Assembly (NCBI GenBank): GCA_010405405.1
Contig: MU004232.1
Coordinates: 515,481-579,480, forward strand
Direction of reading: 5' to 3'
Source of the DNA: Microthyrium microscopicum
Taxonomy: Eukaryota
Length of the DNA: 64,000 nt
A model generated the notes under the pieces. It was given only the letters and a program-made list of their open reading frames with translations. It was not told the DNA's origin and did not search any database. Below are positions 58,300 through 64,000 of the stretch, in pieces (position 1 is the first letter of the stretch; each line of letters begins with the position of its first letter). Position numbers and translations under genes: made by a program.

Positions 58300-61200
58300 G
58301 AGATCTTAATAAAGAGGATCTATAATAATACTCTCTCCTCTAATATTAGTGCTTTTAAGCTAATCTAACTATATAAGATAATACTATAATAGATATAAAA
58401 CGTATTATAACTATAATAATAAAAGTAAAGAGTTTAATATCCTTCTATATATAATACTATAGATATCTATTCCTTATTACTTTTTAGCCTACTAAGGTAA
58501 TTATTAAGTAGCATTAATAAATTATAAGATATCTTTAGAATACTCTAGTTTATAAAAGTATTAGGATACTACTATAGTAATAATAATAACTTTACTAATT
58601 AGAAGGAATACTATTAGAGTTATATTCTTTATCTTTCTTTTTCTAAGGGTTAATAAATAACTTATATAGGCCTAGTTTCGTAGGATTATAGTTGTAAAAC
58701 TTTATACTAAGCTTAGGATATAATTTAAAATCTATCTATAGTTACTAATTTAGGTTATAATTCTAATTATCTTATTTAGTAAATTTAACTTTATATTAGA
58801 GTATTTTCTTCTTACTCTTTCTTTACTAATTATACTAATAGCTATTAATAACGCAATTAACTAACTATTCTTACTTATTATTATTTCTTTCTAAATTAGT
58901 AATAGCTAGAAAGTTATTAGGTTCTTATAGTATAGTAGCGTCTTTAAGGATAAGGTATAAAAGCTAAGTATAAAAAATAAGGTATATTTTTATCTTCTTA
59001 GGAAGATTAAGCTTATAAGTAAGTATATTAATCTTCTTTAAGATCTTAAATAGACTAGTAGATTTATTATTAAGTAATTTAAAAGGGCGAAGGATTTTAT
59101 AGTAACGTATATCTAAACGTACCTAGTTACTTAGTTTAAGGTTAAGTACTAGATAGTAGTATTAGTTAACTTACTTATTTATTAGCGCCTAAGACTATAA
59201 AATTTACTTATAAAAATAATTATATAAGTTTTATCTATCTTTAAGGAATATATTTATAAAGCGTTATTTATTTTATACTAGCTTAGAGCCTATAAATACT
59301 TTATCTAGTATACCTAGTTCTAAGCTAGAGCGTAGTAATAAGCTATTAAGTACTTTAAATAGGCTTATTTTAGTTATAGTATAAATAGTATAATTAGCTT
59401 TAAACTTAGTAAATAGTAGAAGTCCTACCTAATTATTCTATTAGTAATTAATAAAGCATTATAAGTAAGCCTTTAGAGCTTATACTATAATCTTAATAAT
59501 ATTATTAGATTATAGGTACTAAGTAGTAGTAAGACGGATTATTACTCCTACTTACTTATATAAGTAGCACTAGAAGGCTAAAGTAAATTAGGATCTATAA
59601 TTAGATAAGATAAAATCTAGCTAGCTAGTATACTTCTAGATCTAGTTAAAGAATACTAATACTATTATCTAGATACTAAGGTTAGCTAAGGATATAAAGT
59701 AGTAAGTATAAGTAAGTCTATTAACTACTATTATAGCATAGTAATAAATAACTCCTAAGTAAATATATAATAGTAATATAATAGTAAAGTTAATTAAGAT
59801 ATTAGCCTACGCGTAGTCTAGTAAAGGAAATAACTATAATAGACTTTATTTCTTTTATATTACTAGCTTAGAGAAAGCGTAGTAATATTATTTTATATAT
59901 TACTTAATATCTTCTACTATATAGGGTTAGTAGTAGAATTAAGATAGACGTTAATAAGTTATAGTAGTACCTCTATATCCTATAATCTTATAATTATATA
60001 CGTATTATATTATATAATAGTAAAGTTTTTTATAAGGAACTAGTAAGTACTAGTAATATTAAATAATTCTATCTATAAGAACTTAATAGTCTCTAAACTT
60101 AATAGATTTACGTTTTAGTATACTATAGGGTAAGTAGTAATACTATACTACTTTATAGTTATAAATAGCTTAAATAAGCTTATCCTTTTTGCTTACTTTA
60201 ATAATATCCTTCTATAATATTTTTAAGTTAGTAAGTATATTCTCTACTTTAGGATAACTAGTTAATTCCTTTAAGGTTAAAGCGTCCTTAAGATAACTCC
60301 CTATAGTTAGATTACTAATTAACTCTCCTTCTATAGTAAATATATTAACTTTATTAGTAATAATTATAGCTAACTTAATTATTAAAAGGCGTTTACCCTA
60401 AACTAGTATAGTTACTACCTTAATAGCTTAGTATATATTATAAGTAATTATATTAGATACATAATACGTACTATAGATATTAATAAAATAGTAAAAAAAT
60501 AGTATAGAATATACTTATTATATAACTTATAGGTTATTATTAGATTATAGTAAGTCCTAAAACTATTAGATAAAGATATTAGCTTTAGCGTTTAATAGTC
60601 TATTATAGTATTTAATTTTAAATTAGAATTATAATAAGAACTTTGCTTAGCATACTTAATAGTAAGAGAGCTTTTTTATAGATATAAATAACTATAAATT
60701 AAGATAGTCTATATAGACTTTAATAGGATTATTAGTAGAGAATAGCTCTAGTTTCTATTCTTTAAATATATAAATAATTATAAGTAGTTTCTTATTATAA
60801 ATATTGTAGTTATACTTTACTAGTATTATCTTTTTAGATAAGAAAGTAACTAAGTAAAGTTCTTTATTATTATTCTTTTATAAAAGGACTATAGTAGTAA
60901 CTTAATTAAAAGCGTTAGTTTTAAGCTAAGTTTCCTTATTAGGATTAAAATATTATAAAATTAGTACTATAGTGAAAGCTTTCTTTAAGGCTTTAAAAGT
61001 AGCTTCTTTAAAGCTATCTAAGTTCTAGGAGTAACGTTAAGGAACGTCCTTTTTAGTAAGTGCTATTATAAGTATAATAATTTTTAAGTATCCTTTAATA
61101 AATTAATAATAAAAGTTTATAAAGCCTAGAAATATTTAGATATCTTTAAGTAATAAGAGACGTTACTATTTTAGTACTATTTTTACCTTCTTCTTATTTA

Positions 61201-62580
61201 TAAAGATTCTATTAGGGGTAATAATAATACTAAGGTATTTAATACTCTTAATTATAAATTCTAACTTAGTAATATTAAGGTAGAGACTAGCTTTTTTAAG
61301 CTTATTAAGAATTAGATAGATATAAGCAATATACTCTTCTTTAGTTTTACTTTAGATAAGGACGTTATTTAGGTATATAGTAATAAAGTTATTTAAGTAT
61401 TTATAAATAGCGCTATTAATAAAGGCTTAGAATATTCTAAGAGAGCTAGTTATACTAAATAGTATAATAAGGAACTTAAATAGGCTATAGTAAGTAAGAA
61501 AAGTAGTTTTATACTTATTATCTTTATAAATTTAAATATTATTAAAGGTAGTAATAATATTAAATTTAGAGAAGAATCTAGCCTTATAGATCTTTATAAA
61601 GATTTTAGTAAGAAGTAGTAAAACATTTTAATTCTTTAAGGTAATTTCGTTTAATCTATAGTAATCTATATAGACTTAGATACCTCTACCTAATTTACTA
61701 ACGTAAAGAATTAGTAAGGCGTATTAAGAAGTACTTTTATAAATAAAGCCTTTTCTAAGTATATTTTTAATATACTTTTTAATAACTTAAGCTTATTAGT
61801 ACGATATTCTATAAAACTTCTATATAAGTACTTTAGCTTATAGATTTATTAGGATAGAGTAATTAAATTTAGAGTAATAGAGTAATAATTTATTAGCTTG
61901 TATTAAGTTAAAGAGGTAAATATATTAGTAAAATTCTTTAAGAATTAGGCTAAGTAATTCTTCTTATATTAGTAAATCTTATTTAAGCTTCTTTTACTAT
62001 TTAGTATAGTCTTTTATTAAGATTACTATAATACTAGCAATATTATACTAAGGAATAAGATTTAAATCTTCTTCTTCTTTTAATACGTTAAAATCTTCTT
62101 TATATAATATAGAGAATTAGTTTTTTTCTTACTATATTAAAGTTATAAATATATAGAAAGAAATAATATAGATATTAGAAGTATTCTTATCTTTCTTTTC
62201 TATAACTACTTAGCCTTTATAATTAACTATAATAGAGTAGTATAAAGCTATATAGCCTTAGAAATAGTACTTAGAGTAGAAGCCTAATATTTACTAGCTT
62301 TCTTAGAGTATAACTTTATACTTATTAACTTAAGGGTCTCTAAGGATAATATTATAGTTAGTAATTTTTATAATAAAGTATAAGACTTATTTAAGATAAA
62401 TACTAATATATAAGGTAATAAATACTATATAAGTTATAGTAGTAATAATATAACTATTAGCTATCTTAGCTTAATATAGTCTTAATATTTTAATAGATTT
62501 AAGACTATAAAGTTAGAGGTAATAAGAGTTAATAATACTAAATATACTACTACCTATATTAATAAAGATTTTTACTTTAG
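58300..62580 (-). mobile_element. Ty3/Gypsy chromovirus relic B (RIPed), cut off at the protease
   Basis: Minus-strand de-RIPed motifs: protease FVDTGS near 62555, RT KTAFLT...MPFG...YLDD near 61500-61360, integrase AYLRCFVNYQQNDWV near 59460, and chromodomain-like LQYKVKF...WQP...KPGP near 58800-58670. Boundaries approximate. Confidence 0.8.
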
Positions 62581-62795
62581 TATTATAAGGATCCTAGAGA
62601 TACGGGAGCCGTAGTAGATTAAGATAGTATATTGAATGCAAAGCTAGGGAAGAGAGATCTAGAGCTACGGAAGCAAGCTGAAGTAGTAGATAGGATCCGC
62701 GCACGGACCACCCGCACGTGACTATGACGTCACCGTGCAGGGGTAGCCCCTCCAGGGCAAGACCGCTGTCAAGCCTATGAAGAGGAATCATCACA
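62581..62795. mobile_element. LTR-like segment (solo LTR?), only lightly RIPed
   Basis: Starts TATTATAAGG (plausibly RIPed TG...) and ends ...ATCACA. It is GC-richer than its surroundings and begins where element B's protease is cut. No clear TSD. Confidence 0.4.
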
Positions 62796-63018
62796 CGAGC
62801 CCCCCTTTAAAATCAGTGCTCCTAAACTGAAACCTGCTCCTGCTTGCAAGAAGATCCTTTGAAAATTGACTGTGGAGTGGAAAACCTGCGGGAACCATGA
62901 AGACAGGTAAAAAACCACTCTTTTGTTGTTATTGTGAAGCCATCGAGACGTACCGTGGATTGCCGTGTTTTGCCGGAGATCTTCCGCTTGGACCAAAAAT
63001 TGAATTTTGGGAATCTGC

Positions 63019-64000
63019 TAGTGATGCGGATTAAGGCACTTAATCCGTATGCCCTAATCCATAGTGTGCCCCGTTATAATACAGGTGTACTAGATCCGTA
63101 TAGATTAATGCATTTAATTAGTATAATAAGAGGACACGTAACGGATTTAGCATCTTTAGGACTTTATTAGGGTTAGTACAAGATTAGTCCTAATTAATCT
63201 CTCTCCTATTATACTATAATAACTTTATAAAGATTAGTCTTAACATTACTAAATAATTTTAATAGTATTTAGGTCCTAAAATAAAAATTTTTTAACGTCT
63301 ATATATTTATCTCATTATGCTCTATATAATAATACTAATCTTTTAGTAATTTAAAGCATATTTACATTATTAATCTACTTCTAAGAACACTACAATCTTT
63401 AATTAATTTCTTTACTATTATTTACTATATTACGCCGTAGAAGGCTAAATCAAACTCTATAAGAACGAGTAGATCTTCTATAATACTAGATATTACTCCT
63501 AAATACTAATATTACTACAACACCTTAATATTCCTATTACTATTACTAATATTAGCTAAATTGAAATTTTAATCGTTTTAAGAAATATACTCGTAAAGAG
63601 GGCTATCTTACAACTTCCTTATAAGCTCTACCCGCTAAGATTTAAGCTCCTATAGTAGTTTTACGTGCTTAAAAGCAAATACAATAAGACAAACGCTATA
63701 TAAAGAGGATTATTTAAGAAGCGCTTCCTTTGAATTCCTATAATAAAATATGTTATCTTACTACCTACGCGCATAAAGTTAAAAGCGCTTAATTAGTAGA
63801 TATTCCTACTTATTTACTACTATTAAGGCATTAAGTATTAGATCTTATTAAAGACATCTATAACAAGGATCTTATAAAGCTAAAAGCTATACTTAAATAC
63901 TAACTTTTCTTAAACTTCTTATTAGATAAAAGCGTAAATTAAGTAAGTTAATAGATAGCTAATTTCTATATTATAGTACTAGCACTTAGTTCTTTCTATC
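63019..64000 (+). mobile_element. Possible hAT-like DNA transposon left end (partly RIPed)
   Basis: Begins TAGTGATGCGGATT, resembling Ac-type TAGGGATG termini. Repeated GGATT/AATCC subterminal motifs follow, then degraded coding-like sequence running off the window. Confidence 0.35.

Larger units (their letters stand above)
51350..64000. repeat. AT-rich RIP-mutated transposon island
   Basis: Abrupt change to very AT-rich DNA with excess TpA and near absence of CpA/TpG. No ORFs over 60 aa in the track between 51193 and 62594. Confidence 0.95.

Noticed and set aside
51351..63200. Possible inverted termini bracketing the whole island (CGTGTCCT near 51401 and AGGACACG near 63131)
   Set aside because: The match is only about 8-10 bp, does not extend, and has no target-site duplication.

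Overview
Fungal (filamentous ascomycete-like) genomic window with short GT-AG introns and CTAAC-type branch sites. It falls into three zones. (1) 1-23 kb, mostly conserved genes: a membrane-protein gene split by a MITE, a PEX39/KPWE-like gene head-to-head with CDC50/LEM3, a secreted M43 metalloprotease, the plasma-membrane H+-ATPase PMA1 with a long upstream intergenic region, and a CE4 chitin deacetylase with three CBM18 domains. (2) About 23.9-45.3 kb: a tandem birth-and-death array of one gene family I cannot name. It has six intact ORFs and at least four pseudogenes, and its shared core looks like a degenerate BTB/POZ fold plus a helical region. Three copies share a TATA box, 5'-UTR intron and upstream motifs. 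The C-terminal tails differ widely, and one is a prion-like (NNNGPR/NNNGPH) repeat of about 20 units. The array switches strand around an intronless DUF2828/vWA gene and is followed by an archaemetzincin-like gene with a premature stop and an M13 neprilysin-like gene. (3) 51.3-64 kb: an AT-rich, RIP-mutated transposon island with two convergent Ty3/Gypsy relics, an LTR-like piece and a possible hAT end. Three short TA-flanked MITEs lie in the gene-rich part. All calls were made by eye; no database searches were run.
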